The notes under the pieces: model-generated | Databases searched by the model: none | The model's input: the letters and a program-made list of their open reading frames with translations, nothing else | Told to the model about the DNA's origin: nothing | Program-made: the position numbers and the translations under genes | In this document: in pieces, positions 38,831-52,080 of the stretch | How positions within the stretch are numbered: the stretch's first letter is position 1 | Layout: each line of letters begins with the position of its first letter | Assembly: GCF_001194135.2 (NCBI RefSeq) | Contig: NC_068985.1 | Span: 119,697,757-119,752,007, forward strand | DNA from: Octopus bimaculoides | Taxonomy: Eukaryota | Direction: 5' to 3' | Length of the DNA: 54,251 bases

Positions 38831-40727
38831 GTTTCGAAGCAGTGGTCCATAGATATCCTCTTTTACCTTCATTTTCAAAGAAATATTTATATCTGTAGGA
38901 CAGCTGATCTCTATGACAGTACATACGTTTGTCCCTCTGTCAGAAACGACAATATCTGGCCTGTTATGTTTATATTTGACAGAAGTTTTGATGGGAATAT
39001 TCCTCCATTATTCCTTGAGTTGATGTTTATGAATGTATTCAATAACAGAGGGATTTTTGAAGTTTATTTCGGGACTGTCTTTGTTGCAGATGGCACAGTA
39101 AATTGTTTCAGCGACGACATCGTGCTGCACAGGGTGGTGGTACTGTGACGATATTTTAGGACAGCTGCTAATCACATGCGTGATGTCTTCCACAGAAACA
39201 TGACATAGCCTACATATGCGGTTGTACTTTGGGATTACAAGAGCGTCACTCTCTGTCTTGTTCACCAAGTACTTTGTGACAATCTCTTGTTCCTGGATTG
39301 CAAACACATAGCCCTCAAAGTGTGATGTAATGTAGTGGTCATGTGTTCAAGAGAGGCTGCTCTTCGCGTCAATTCTACTGTCTTCTTCAAGCTTCCAGGC
39401 AACATACTCATGTATAGTCTTTTGTTTGTATGCTGAGTGCTTTCCAACCAGGTCTTACCTGAGGTAAGAGAGCCCAGCTGTTTTAAGGCTGTATAGGAGA
39501 TCATCAGGGAGAGAGTGCTTCTTGATGTGCTCGCTGTTAACTTGTACAATGTTGATCACTTCACATTTCAGCACTGTATTTATATATTTATTTTTGCTGC
39601 TGTTGTTTATCAGGTGCTGCCTTAAGTGATACTATACGGCATTCGAAGGCCGTCTGCACTGATCTCAAGACTCTAACTCCTTTATTTCTTCTTAGGTAGA
39701 GCATGTCAACATCACTATTTCTGTGGCTGTTCCCAGTTGTTGTCAGTATTTTGCGAGTTTTGATATCTATGGAGTTGATTTTCTCCACAGACCAATCAAA
39801 TATCCCAAATGTTGGGATCAGCACTGGTACTGGAAATGCATTGTAGGATATTATTTTGTTGTAAGAGGAGAGTTCCGGTTGCTATATTTTCCTAACTCTG
39901 GTGTAATATTCTCGGGTCACTCTATCTTTGTCCACATTTCCATCATATGATACATATTCATCTATGCCTAGATACTCGTAACCTTCTTTGTGTGGAATGG
40001 GGGAGATAGAGAGACCGTTGATGCACAGGTCTTGAGTTTGGGGGACGAACTTACCTTGTTCTATAACCAAATTTGAACATTCTCTTGGGCCAAATTCCAT
40101 GGCTGAAAATGTGATGAATTCCACTTGTTTTTTTTTGGCATTGTTAACACTTTTAGCAAAACCGTTGATGTCGTCTACAAAGAAATTAGGAGTTACATTG
40201 ATATTTCTAGCAGTTGAAGATCCTAGTATGTAACCATTTGTTTTCTGCAGTACGAACGATAATAGATTCAGTGCCAAAATGAAAAGAAGTACAGAAAGGC
40301 TATCACTCTAGAATATTCCCTTTGAGATGATTATACTATCTAACAATTATTCTGTTCTCAGTGTGAAGGGTGGTAACTGTTGTCCACGTCTTTGTGAGTC
40401 TCTATATAGCAGCAATTGGGGTGGTGGGTACTTTTGCCAGGTGTAGGCACTTCAACAGCCATGAATGAGGGATATAGTCGAATGCCTTCTTATAGTCAAG
40501 CCATACTGTGACAAGAATTGTACGCTGTTCTACTTCAGACAGTATAGCTTTGTTTATTAAAAGTTGTTCAGCACATCCCCACACTCACATTTTTTTCTGC
40601 CAGTCTGTTCATTAGTTACAATGTTGTTCGACTCAGTGGTCCTGGAGGAATTGGTTGAGGCAACGTGTGTACAGTCTGTACATAATGTTTAGGAAAGCAA
40701 TGGGTCTGTAGTTTTCTGCCATCTCGG
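38831..40727 (-). mobile_element. Degenerate R4/Dong-like RLE LINE, second subfamily
   Basis: Motifs NYRPIA, WGCAEQLLINK, WLDYKKAFD, FVDDI, YEYLGIDE, CRLCHVSVEDITHVISSC and KHNRPDIVVSDR..VIEISCP. The element is cut off at GPLLRN by a (TATC)n array. Confidence 0.9.
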
Positions 40728-41665
40728 TGTTTCGAAAATTTTACTGTCAGTGTTTCGAAAATTTAAATAAAAATGCATAATTCTTCATTTTTCTGATCTA
40801 TACTCCTATATACCTATAACGATTTGTGTGTTAGTGTATGTGCGCGCGCGTGCTAACATATGCATGTATGCGTGTAAACCTTGGTATGTTGGTTTGTTTC
40901 TTCCACTTTGACAACCAGCTCGGTTTGTGTAACTTCCCGTAACATAGTCGTCCGGATTAAAGGCACTATAAAATACGAAACCTAAAAGTATCGTCGTTTC
41001 ATTTGATCGATTAACTCTTCAACGTGTTGTCCCATCTTGGACGCAATCCAATGAGCGAAACAAGTAAATGAATAAATGTTCAACAGTTTAAACTACTTAA
41101 CAGCAGCCACCACAACGACAACAACAGCAAAACGCATCACATTATGAGGATTATCATAGATGAAAATAAATATAAAAAGAACATAACAAATTGTTGTTTC
41201 TTTACTTTTAAATCAGTCTTTTGATTTACGTGAGATGAATGTTGGTCTTTTTTACAAAGTAGATTTTGAAAAGCTTAACCTAAATGCGATTGCTTGTCTT
41301 TAACAATCCGTCTTCCGATATTTGCGATCTTAATCTTTCAGGCAATCCGCTATGTACTGTTGCATTTCTATGCACTACAAAAGCAAGTATGAATTCAATT
41401 TATATGAATCGAATTTACCAATTCCTACTTATAGATACGTTTATAATATGCTCCCATTTTATGCGAAGAACAGAGTTTTGGGAACTACAGCTTATTGTAA
41501 CAAAAGTAGTTAAAATTCTGCGTGATTTGGCACACTTCTAAGGAGATGTTTTTTTCTTTTCATTTTTCTTTTTAACAAAAGGCAATTCTACTGCTTCTTA
41601 CAAGGGTGGCTGATTGGTATCCAAGAAAATTTTAAAACCATTCGGTTTATTTTTTGTTTTAATCT

Positions 41666-41905
41666 CAGGACGTAGCTGTGTGGTAAGAACTTGGTTCTTC
41701 AGCCACGTGATTCCAGATTCAATCCCATTGCATGTCATCTTGGAAAAGTGTCTTCTAATAAATGCCTCGGGCCGACCAAAGCTTTGTGAGTGGATTTGGC
41801 TGATGGAAACTGAAAGAAGTTGGTCATGTGTATAAATATAATGTGTGTCTTTCTCTCTGTGTTTGTCCCCCACCACTTTTTGACAACGAGTGTTGGTGTG
41901 TTTAG
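41666..41905 (+). mobile_element. SINE family B, 5' two-thirds
   Basis: GTAGCTGTGTGGTAAGAA...CTCGGGCCGACCAAAGCTTTGTGAGTGGATTTGG. Confidence 0.8.
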
Positions 41906-41926
41906 AGTAACTCAGGAGATATACAA

Positions 41927-42150
41927 GGTGGTGAGCAGGCAAAATCGTTAACACGCCGGACGAAGTGCTCAACGGGCATTTCCTCCGTCAAATTCTGCCT
42001 TGGTTGACTTTGCTTTAAGACGGCGAGCTGGCAGAATCGTTAGCACGCCGACCAAAATGCTTAGCAGTATTCCGTCTATCCTTACGTTCGGTGTTCAAAT
42101 TCTGCCGAGGTTGTCTTTGCCTTTCATCCTCTCGGGGTCGATAAAATAAG
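41927..42150 (+). mobile_element. Two tandem SINE family A heads
   Basis: GGTGAGCAGGCAAAATCGTTAACACG... is followed by GGCGAGCTGGCAGAATCGTTAGCACG... Confidence 0.8.
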
Positions 42151-43227
42151 TTGTGCACCATTATCAGGAGATATGGATACTAAATTTATTTCAGTACCTC
42201 CTTGTGAAATAACTACATGAACGATTAATCCGACGTCTGTATATAGAAATATAAGGATTGGTCCAGGATGATCTAAGTTTTATAAATGACATCAGAAGAA
42301 AATAGGGACTTCTCGGATACGACTACAATAAAATAAACTAAATGGAAGAAAAAATTGAGATTGGTGTTGGAGGGTGGAAGGCCTAGATATTTCTTTCAAC
42401 TTACTGTCCTAACAAAAACGACACACACAAAACACATATCAGTCAGTCAGTCGGCCGAGGCCAGAGAACAGAAGAAAGAAGACATGCACTCAACACCAGA
42501 GCTGAAGACACCTCCGAAAGGTGGGGAGGGGGGCACCACGTCAAAACGGTAGAGGAGTAGGGGCCGAAACCGGACGTGGTTCCTCCTGATGATGTCTTGA
42601 GCTAACTGGATCCTATAAAGGAGATGTTGTGGTAGCAGACCACGAAACATGGTTGAAATTCCTCAGCAGCAGCAGCAGCAGTAGCAGCAACAGCAACAAC
42701 AACAACAACAACAACTCATTAACGAAAACAGTAACTATAACAAAGTAACCAGTCAAAAGAAGAGCATCTATGATGTTGCTCCAAATGCTAGGGATGTGAG
42801 TCAAATAAATAAATATCCCTGAAATCAATCCTACCTACAGATGAAAACGAAACGAAAGAAAAAGGAAGAAAAAAAACCAGATTGATCATTATATCTGCCC
42901 AATAAAGACTGACTTATGGATAAACAACTGCGGCAGCAATTCCAACAATAATCACAGTAACAATAACAGCCAGAAGAACAACAACGGCAGGAACGGCAAC
43001 AACAACAACAACAACACCAATTGCTACAATAATAATGAAATAATATTCTAGTTTGTGTGAAAGTATCTGTGAAATTACACACATTTCATGGATAATGATG
43101 TCTTGCGCTTGTAAACGTTTGCTTCGATATTTAATGTACATAATTTGAACCAATCTATTTATCGATTACTATTACCTATCATCAATCAAACCGATAACGA
43201 ATCTCTTTCTCTCTGTCTGCCTATCTA

Positions 43228-43304
<77 letters not shown>

Positions 43305-43466
43305 GTCTATCTATCTGGCCGTCTGTATACCTACTTATCTATTTGCTTAGGAACCCAGCAAACGAAAAAAACAAAAAAAGATCAATAGAAAGGTGTTTGA
43401 ATATTATATTGCCTGTCTCCCCATTAAGCTATTTTCCTTTCTTACAATTACACTCCCTTTCTCTTT

Positions 43467-43534
<68 letters not shown>

Positions 43535-43572
43535 GTATATACATATACGTACACATACATATATATGTATGA

Positions 43573-43608
<36 letters not shown>

Positions 43609-44122
43609 AGAGATTAATAATGAATATAGAAAGAAATATATGTTAGCAGACAGACAAAAGGTATGTCTGATCTCTGTAATAAGCGACATACGATACAACT
43701 AATGGTAAAGAATACAAATTTTCCACATCATTTTGATCTACATGGACATACACGTGGGCCAATGTAAACTGATATCGTTCTGGTCATTCTGTGAGCAGAA
43801 GAGAGAAATTGGTATGAGCAGTTTCGATTCAGCCTTCATTAGTAAGCAAGCAGCCGTGCAATCTCCACCACTGAAAGAACAGAGATTATACAACAGTCGA
43901 TCGAAACCAATCATACGTGTCCCACTTCTATTCTCTCCTAGGAGACGTGAAAACAAATTTGTTTACATTTCTCACGTGTGTCCAGTTACACATTTCAGTG
44001 ACGGCGGCCAAAATTTTTTTGTCTGTGTTATTTATATTTTTAGCTGTATTACAGATTTCGGCATTGCTATAATTAGTGTCTCGTTAATTGCATAAAACTC
44101 TGTCTTTGTATTCCTCTTCTGC

Positions 44123-44181
<59 letters not shown>

Positions 44182-44270
44182 CTCTCTCACTCTTCATATA
44201 TGTGTATGTGTAATTATATGTATATAGAGATGTATCAGTAGACATATACCTATATGTATGTGTCTGTATA

Positions 44271-44334
<64 letters not shown>

Positions 44335-45324
44335 TGCACTTACGTGTATGCGTGTGTGTTTGTGTGTGTGAGAGAGAGCAAAAAAGAGAGGGGATGAGAG
44401 AGAGAGAGAGAGAGTGAGAGAGAGAAAATGAATATTGTCAACAACCTTGAGAAGAAAAGGAAACTGCTCTGTATAATGTAGTAAGTTCGATATAATGAGT
44501 AAAAGTATTTTAAATTCTGTAAGTTTTAAAATAAGCAAACATCCAATTCTCATGGTGTAATAACAGTATTTCGGTTATTAATTCCTTCCTTTGTTTTATT
44601 AATATGTATCTATATAAATGTTTGGATATCATTGACCGTTATCCCTCGATAGCCAAAATGTTTACATCAGAATCATTTGTTTGCGATGAGAATTATATTT
44701 TCTTTTTGAGATTGTGATATTAATACATTTTGTGTGCATGACAAACATTGCTTCGTTTTGATAACACTTTCTGACTATGATACTAATTCTCTTGATGTTG
44801 TAACGAGTAGCCTAGAATCAGCAAAAATTTGTGAGCATATTGGACTTAATATTTTATTTATTATATAAGGTCAAGAATTGCCTCTGTTGTTTATATTGAA
44901 CTAGAGGGATCATTATAGAACGTAATATGAATGCCCAACAGATAAATGGAGCCAGAAAAAAGGAAACAAAAATGGAAAAAAACTATCGATATGTTCTATT
45001 CTGAAGTACACCTAAACAATCTTCACAAGACTATTACAGTGGATCATGAAATGAAAAATTTTTATGCGTATAGGTAGACGGTCATGCGTGCATATGTTGT
45101 TTGAAGGCTTCAATGTGACAGTAAATACGGTCATGTGAAAATTAATCCGGAGAGAATCAAATTTCGTGACTTTTTCATGTCATAATCTGTGAGTAAACTG
45201 TCTGCAGAAGGCTTCTTGAAGTTGGCAGACCTGCCAAAAAGCCGGAACGTAAACTTTTTTTGACTACTGCTATGAAGAGAAAACGTCCGCGCTGGATACG
45301 GGATCATGCTCGATGGTAGGCAGA

Positions 45325-46167
45325 GGATCTTATCCTCACAAAGGCAAAATTATTTTCTAAAATAACGGACGCAAAAGTGAAGAAATGTGATCGATCAAAT
45401 TGCGCAGCATGCCCAAACCTTCTAGAAGGATGACAATTCCTTTTCAATGAGGGACAAAAATTCAACATCAAATCTGACTTTACTTGTGCCTCAGAAAACC
45501 TGATTTATGTTATAAGATGCTCGGGCTTCCACCCAAACTACGTAGAATCCACGGGATTATCGCTCAGACCCAGATGCACTCCGCACCGACAGCCGATTTC
45601 ATTTCCAGCATACAGAATGATACCCTTTAGTGAACACACTGAGAAATGCGCAAAGCAACTACTACCACAATTTGTATTCTTTCCATTTTATCAATGTGCT
45701 ATTGGAACACCGACACAAGTTAGATTAAATAAGGAAACCTACTTCATTGAAAAATATAAGCTAAAACTTAACCATTTCTAGCAATTTTAAATTAGGACAC
45801 TTGCCTCATTTGGAAAACAAAAATAAAGCAAAGCTTAACCAATTTTAGCATTCTGTTTTTTCTAGATAAAATCATGTTAAATTGATGAAACTTAGTCATT
45901 CCCAACATTTTTGATTACCTCCCTTATACCGAAAAATCCCTGATTACCTTCCCCTGTCTAGAACTCCCATACTTCACTTCATAGCGAAGAGATGACACAA
46001 TAACGGTAAAGAAATTTGAGAAATTTGAAAAGAAAATACGAAACCGGTTACTTCTCCAAAATCAATGTTACCTTAACACAAAATTTGATAACATTTTCCA
46101 AACATAGCGATTTAAATATATTCTTTAGCGATATAACACAAGTCTTCTGTAGGTTTTCACTCTATTT

Positions 46168-46172
<5 letters not shown>
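45325..46172 (+). mobile_element. Penelope-like element 3' remnant with GIY-YIG endonuclease
   Basis: 45377-45781 translates as VKKCDRSNCAACPNLLEG*QFLFNEGQKFNIKSDFTCASENLIYVIRCSGFHPNYVESTGLSLRPRCTPHRQ...RLNKETYFIEKYKLKLNHF*. This shows a Cys-rich linker, the IY...YV motif and conserved R, H, E and N residues. It is absent from the ORF track. The 3' boundary is inferred from the (TA)n junction. Confidence 0.85.
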
Positions 46173-46203
<31 letters not shown>

Positions 46204-46537
46204 TTATAAACAGTTAGGCCGAGTATAATACTGTAATGAAAGAATTCAATCGTCACTAAATGTGACTAAGGGTGCCTAACTACCGACATTGCTAGAAATA
46301 GGAGTAAAATATTCCTTGTGCTATAGGAAGAGCGCACATGTATGCACATACGTTGACAAGGGAAAAACCGCCCCATGACATACCGTCCAATTAATATTGT
46401 CTAAATTTCGATTCAAAAAGCCTTGTTTTTGATTTACAATGTACAAGTATTTATACATTCAGACAAATACACATACATACATACATACACAAACATAATT
46501 CTTAAATAATCTGTGTATAGGCATATATATATATATA

Positions 46538-46547
46538 NNNNNNNNNN
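46538..46547. other. Assembly gap
   Basis: Short N-run at (TA)n. Confidence 1.
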
Positions 46548-47138
46548 ATATACGTATGCACACGCATCTATGTATCAATGTATATATATATTATGCATAT
46601 GCACAAACATACGAATACGCATATAACAACCTCACATACACATCCCATTGGAGGTTTGTAAAATAAATTTGATATCTGGCTTTAAGCAATTATTATGAAT
46701 GAAAATGACTTCTGTTACAGCTGCAGATTGCCAAATTAATCCTCATCTGCAAAATATATTCAAAGCAGAAGGACTTAATCATCAATATTTGCTTTCTCGA
46801 CCGAGACATAAAATATAGTTTTATCATTTCCGCTTCTGCTAAATTCAAACTGACGTTTACGATTATCCCAAGAAGAATTACAACCTAACATCCGTGGCGC
46901 AAAAGGGGAAAATATTGAATGATTCCGGCATTGTGTTCGTATCTGTGGCAAAAAAACCAGTGTATAAATATTCTGACAATGAATACTAAACAGTATATCA
47001 TAGTGTATTGGTCTGTCACTGGAGGTACGTTTTTGACATAGGAATTCAACTCGACAAAATACGAACTGTCAATGATTGCATCGTTCAGTTATAGAAGCAA
47101 AACCCAAGGGGGTCGCACTAGCACATTCGTACATACAT

Positions 47139-47183
<45 letters not shown>

Positions 47184-47881
47184 TATATATCCACAAACTC
47201 ATATGCACGGAAAACAAAAGACAGACAGGTGAGAGAACAACAAAAGTTCGACGCTCGACACACCCACATAGACATGCGCACTCATACGAACACATAAAAA
47301 CACTCAGCCAGTTCTCATCTCAGTCAAATACGCTCGAAAAATAGGAAATTAACTGTCTCGTTGAAGGACATGACTCAAAAAAACAGCCAGGAATTGAAAA
47401 CATGACTTCATGATCTTGAGAACAAAACCTTAAACTAGGCCATACTTTCACACATATATATTTATGTATAGTAAGTATTACACATGCGCACACATTCATG
47501 CACACAATTACGCTTACATTTAGTATATTTTGGCTCGTTATTGCTCTCTAGAAGAACAGATGAAGGAAAAGTTTTACAATGGTTTCAAGTTCGGATTTTA
47601 TGGCGTATTCGATGTTGAGTATTCTTTGAAAGATTAAATGAATTTAATCACTTTTGTGACTCCCGTGAAGTGACGTTTATGTGCACGGCAGTTGTACTTC
47701 TGTAACTGTTTTTTTGTCGAGTGTGATCTGCCTGCATATGTTACGCTCATACAAGTCTCTAATTTGGAGCAAGGAACCGTCATATTTATATCGAGAAGTG
47801 TATATTTTAATGTGTTACAGCTTGAAAGCAGAGCTTTAGGAGGAGGAGGGAAAGAAATAAAAATAGAGAGAGAGAGAGAAA

Positions 47882-47925
<44 letters not shown>

Positions 47926-49420
47926 AGAGAAAGAAAGAGGGAGAGAGAGAAAGAAAGAGAGAGAGCATGTCAACAGAGTTTCACCTTTCCGATTAAGTCA
48001 CTCAATCAATAAAAATACTAAACTCATTTAATTAGCGTGTAAATGAGTGGTTTTTCCACAGTTATGTACACTCTTTATATAACTCTCAGGCGGGCTCAGC
48101 GTGTGACACTATGACAGAATTAGATCCATCTTGACATTACACGTACAATCCATCCCACGGGTTTCCGTTTAGAAAGAAAATGATACTGGCCAAAATATCA
48201 CATACCGGAAACGAAATATAAATTTCATTATCGCAAAGTGATACTGCACCTACTAACATTTCTTAGTTTTACATGCACATGCATTTTACTTTATATATAC
48301 ATATTTTATATAGTGGCTTGCGTAGCTCAGTGATCTTTCAATTTGTTTCACTTGAAGGTAAACACTATAACCTCTTGACAATGATGCTGGGTATTGGTCT
48401 ATTGGAATTATGTGGGTTGTTTGACTTAACAAAACATGTAATGTCGTTCTGTTTGGGTTTTGAATGGCTCATATGATCTACAGTTAAGCTATGTGTGGCT
48501 ATTTTTGGCTGATTTGCTTCGATTTTTAGCTTCAAATTGAATGCGTTGAGAATTGATATGATTCACTTTCTGAATGATTCAGTCGCATGTCCAGTCCTAT
48601 GATCATGAGACCAACATCCTTGTATAAACCCAACGTTGGCGGCATTGAAAGAGAACTCTATCGTTATGGAATAGAAACAAAACAACCAGCTCAGAGACTT
48701 CCGCATCTTCATGATTTATATGGTAAAATCGTGACTGTCTTCACCCTTTTTAATCGAAAAAGTAACTTCGATTATGAGAAGACAGTTTAGCGTGCATTAT
48801 GATCTCAAGTTAGTTTGTGTAGAATTCTGTGCGTCCTTTTCCAAAGCGGTTAGATTAGAACAAAATGGAAGACAGTTGATTAGCAATAGTCAAAAATGTC
48901 CAATCGTGTGAATTCGTGGTATATTTTTCTTTTTTTTTTTTTCCATCGTTAAACAACTTGTTGCGTCTTTGTGTTATTCCTTAAGTTTAAGGCTGTAGTT
49001 TGTTAGATTATATTGATATTTCAGTGTCGGTCTCCTTTGCTAATTATTCTAAGATCATCTTTGGCTTGAATTATTAGTCTATATGGCGGTGAATTTCCAA
49101 AGTTGCATTTATAGCTTTTGAATGTGAGAAAAGTATCTTTATTTTCTGAGACATTTTAGTTTACTTTAGAATTTCTTTTTTTTTTCTTTGTCTATCGGTA
49201 TGGGTTATGCTTTTGTGCAGCAATCGTTATATATGTTATTGTTGGTCTGTTTGAAACATTTTGTGATGCTCTTGTGCCTACGTTCTTGTATTCCTATTCA
49301 TTCTTGTGTATGTGAAATATATACACACACACATACATACATTCATACATACATATATAAATACATACATACATACATACATACACACACAAATACATGC
49401 ATACATACATACATGCATAT

Positions 49421-49483
<63 letters not shown>

Positions 49484-50009
49484 NNNNNNNNNNNNNNNNN
49501 NNNNNNNNNNNNNNNNNNNNNNNNNNNNNNNNNNNNNNNNNNNNNNNNNNNNNNNNNNNNNNNNNNNNNNNNNNNNNNNNNNNNNNNNNNNNNNNNNNNN
49601 NNNNNNNNNNNNNNNNNNNNNNNNNNNNNNNNNNNNNNNNNNNNNNNNNNNNNNNNNNNNNNNNNNNNNNNNNNNNNNNNNNNNNNNNNNNNNNNNNNNN
49701 NNNNNNNNNNNNNNNNNNNNNNNNNNNNNNNNNNNNNNNNNNNNNNNNNNNNNNNNNNNNNNNNNNNNNNNNNNNNNNNNNNNNNNNNNNNNNNNNNNNN
49801 NNNNNNNNNNNNNNNNNNNNNNNNNNNNNNNNNNNNNNNNNNNNNNNNNNNNNNNNNNNNNNNNNNNNNNNNNNNNNNNNNNNNNNNNNNNNNNNNNNNN
49901 NNNNNNNNNNNNNNNNNNNNNNNNNNNNNNNNNNNNNNNNNNNNNNNNNNNNNNNNNNNNNNNNNNNNNNNNNNNNNNNNNNNNNNNNNNNNNNNNNNNN
50001 NNNNNNNNN
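49484..50009. other. Assembly gap
   Basis: N-run between (TA)n tracts. Confidence 1.
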
Positions 50010-50333
50010 ATATATATATATATATATATGTATATGTAGGTATATATATACATAATCGTGTTTACATACTTTGCATGTATAAAAATATAAAATGAGGCCA
50101 TTAAATGCTGAGTGGATAATGCAAGCACTAAAGTAACAAAAATGTTACAAAAATACTCTAGGAAAGATATTGATGTCATTGAAAACATCAACAAAACAGT
50201 AATATCTTCTACTTGTTTGTCTATCTACATAAACTACCAACCTAACTATACTTATGTGTCTTTTTCTGTAATTCTCTATCTCTTTCATTTTTTAGGCTCT
50301 CTTTTAGCTAGGTATCTTTTTGTGTGTCCATGT

Positions 50334-50370
<37 letters not shown>

Positions 50371-50489
50371 CAATGAGCTACCTTTACACACACGCACACA
50401 CGTATTCACACACACACACACACACACACATATGCACACAAAAACGTGTGTATAAAAGCATATGTATTATTTTACCTCTTCCTCTTAAG

Positions 50490-50549
<60 letters not shown>

Positions 50550-51260
50550 CTTACCAACCTGTCTGGATAGCTAGATATCTCTTGCTCATTGTGTTTTTGC
50601 ATATCTCAATCTTCTAAAGTAACTTGTAATACGTTTCATGTTGTTTATGCTATATTTTTGTGAAATTATTGCTGATAGTATGTTTTATGTCATTTATAGT
50701 GCTACTCAAACTGCTTTCCATCATTACTTCATACGGCTGGGGAAAATCATAATTCCTTTTTCTCGTGCATCTTTATATCATTTTAAGAAATATCTGATAA
50801 TATAAATTTTGTGCCATTGACCTTACTATTTAATTTATTTATACGTTGCAACTTCTATCATCTAGCTTTCATACTGGATGGCTCTATTACCAGCGTTACT
50901 GATAAAAAGTTCTAACTCATGTGCTTACCGTCAGTTATATATATATTCCCCTCTCAGCAAATCTGCTACCATATATCACTCCCACTTATATTCAATCCCT
51001 GCGTAGAAACCTTTATTGAGGCAAATGTGAGGAGGAAGTTTTGTATAGGTGCTCACCTTATAAGAAATTGCAAATAAAATCATTACCGTGTTTGTGAAGA
51101 AACGAAATCATCGGATGATCTGGTTCTACATAACCATAGAACGACGTGCTAGCCATGGCTAGTTAAGGTAAACTGGAGCTAAGCAACAACAGGAACAGCA
51201 GCAGCAGCAGCAAAAACAACAACAACAGCAAGAACATTTCATGTAAGAGCCTCTATGACT

Positions 51261-51884
51261 GCTCCTTTATCTATCTAGGCTTCACAGTCACCAACAATGG
51301 AGACCTTCCCCCGGAGATCAACCGTACGCCCTATATATGCCCCTTTGGCGCCACTGCTTCATCTTCCAAAAGACGCAGCACCGCATCTACAAGACATCGG
51401 TCCTCTCTTTTCACCTCTGTGGAGGAGAAACGTGTCCTCTCTCGAGGACCCTGGCAAAGAGGATCGATGGCTTCGATACCGCAGCCCTGACTACCATCGA
51501 AAACATCATATGATACCCTAACATTTCTAACGAAGAACTACGTGCGCACATGCATGAACCCGCAACTTTTCAATTCATAGCTGTCCGTCACATGCGCTGG
51601 CACAGATCATCCTACCAGGGCTTTATACGCGTCCGACCAAGCAGCTGCGGGTTGGAAGAGGTCTTGAGGCAGGCCCCGCACCAGATGGCTAGACATGATC
51701 GGGGAAGACTTCCTGAGTCTCAACCTCACTTTGGAGGATGCAGAGAGGGAGGCACGAACCGTCAGCGATGAAGAGCACGCGTGAAACTTGTTGATTCTAT
51801 CCATCATGACGCCTTTGGGACCACTAAACTGTAGTGACTCCAACCCCATCAATGAAGACCATGAAGCAAACAAGCAAACAAGCA
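51261..51884 (+). mobile_element. 5'-truncated RTE-clade LINE with 13-bp TSD
   Basis: TSD AGCCTCTATGACT at 51248-51260 and 51885-51897. Peptides are FIYLGFTVTNNGD, ISNEELR and WKRS*GRPRTRWLD, with a (GCAAACAA)n-like tail. Confidence 0.9.
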
Positions 51885-52010
51885 AGCCTCTATGACTTAA
51901 CTCTATCTACTATAAATAGTCTGATTAATCAACATCAAATGTCTGCTTGTTTCGTAAAAATTGAGGCTCATTGGATAATGTAGTTTTTGATGCAATGCGG
52001 CAGAACATAG

Positions 52011-52080
52011 AATGGGATACATTTGGGATACATAAAATGGGACACATTTGGGACACATAAAATGGGACACATTTGGGATT
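52011..52080 (+). repeat. 25-bp minisatellite x2.8 (AATGGGACACATTTGGGACACATAA)
   Basis: Units start at 52011, 52036 and 52061. Confidence 0.9.

Noticed and set aside
41927-42150. SINE heads as tRNA genes
   Set aside because: They have A/B-box-like motifs but no intact cloverleaf, and they continue into the shared SINE core.
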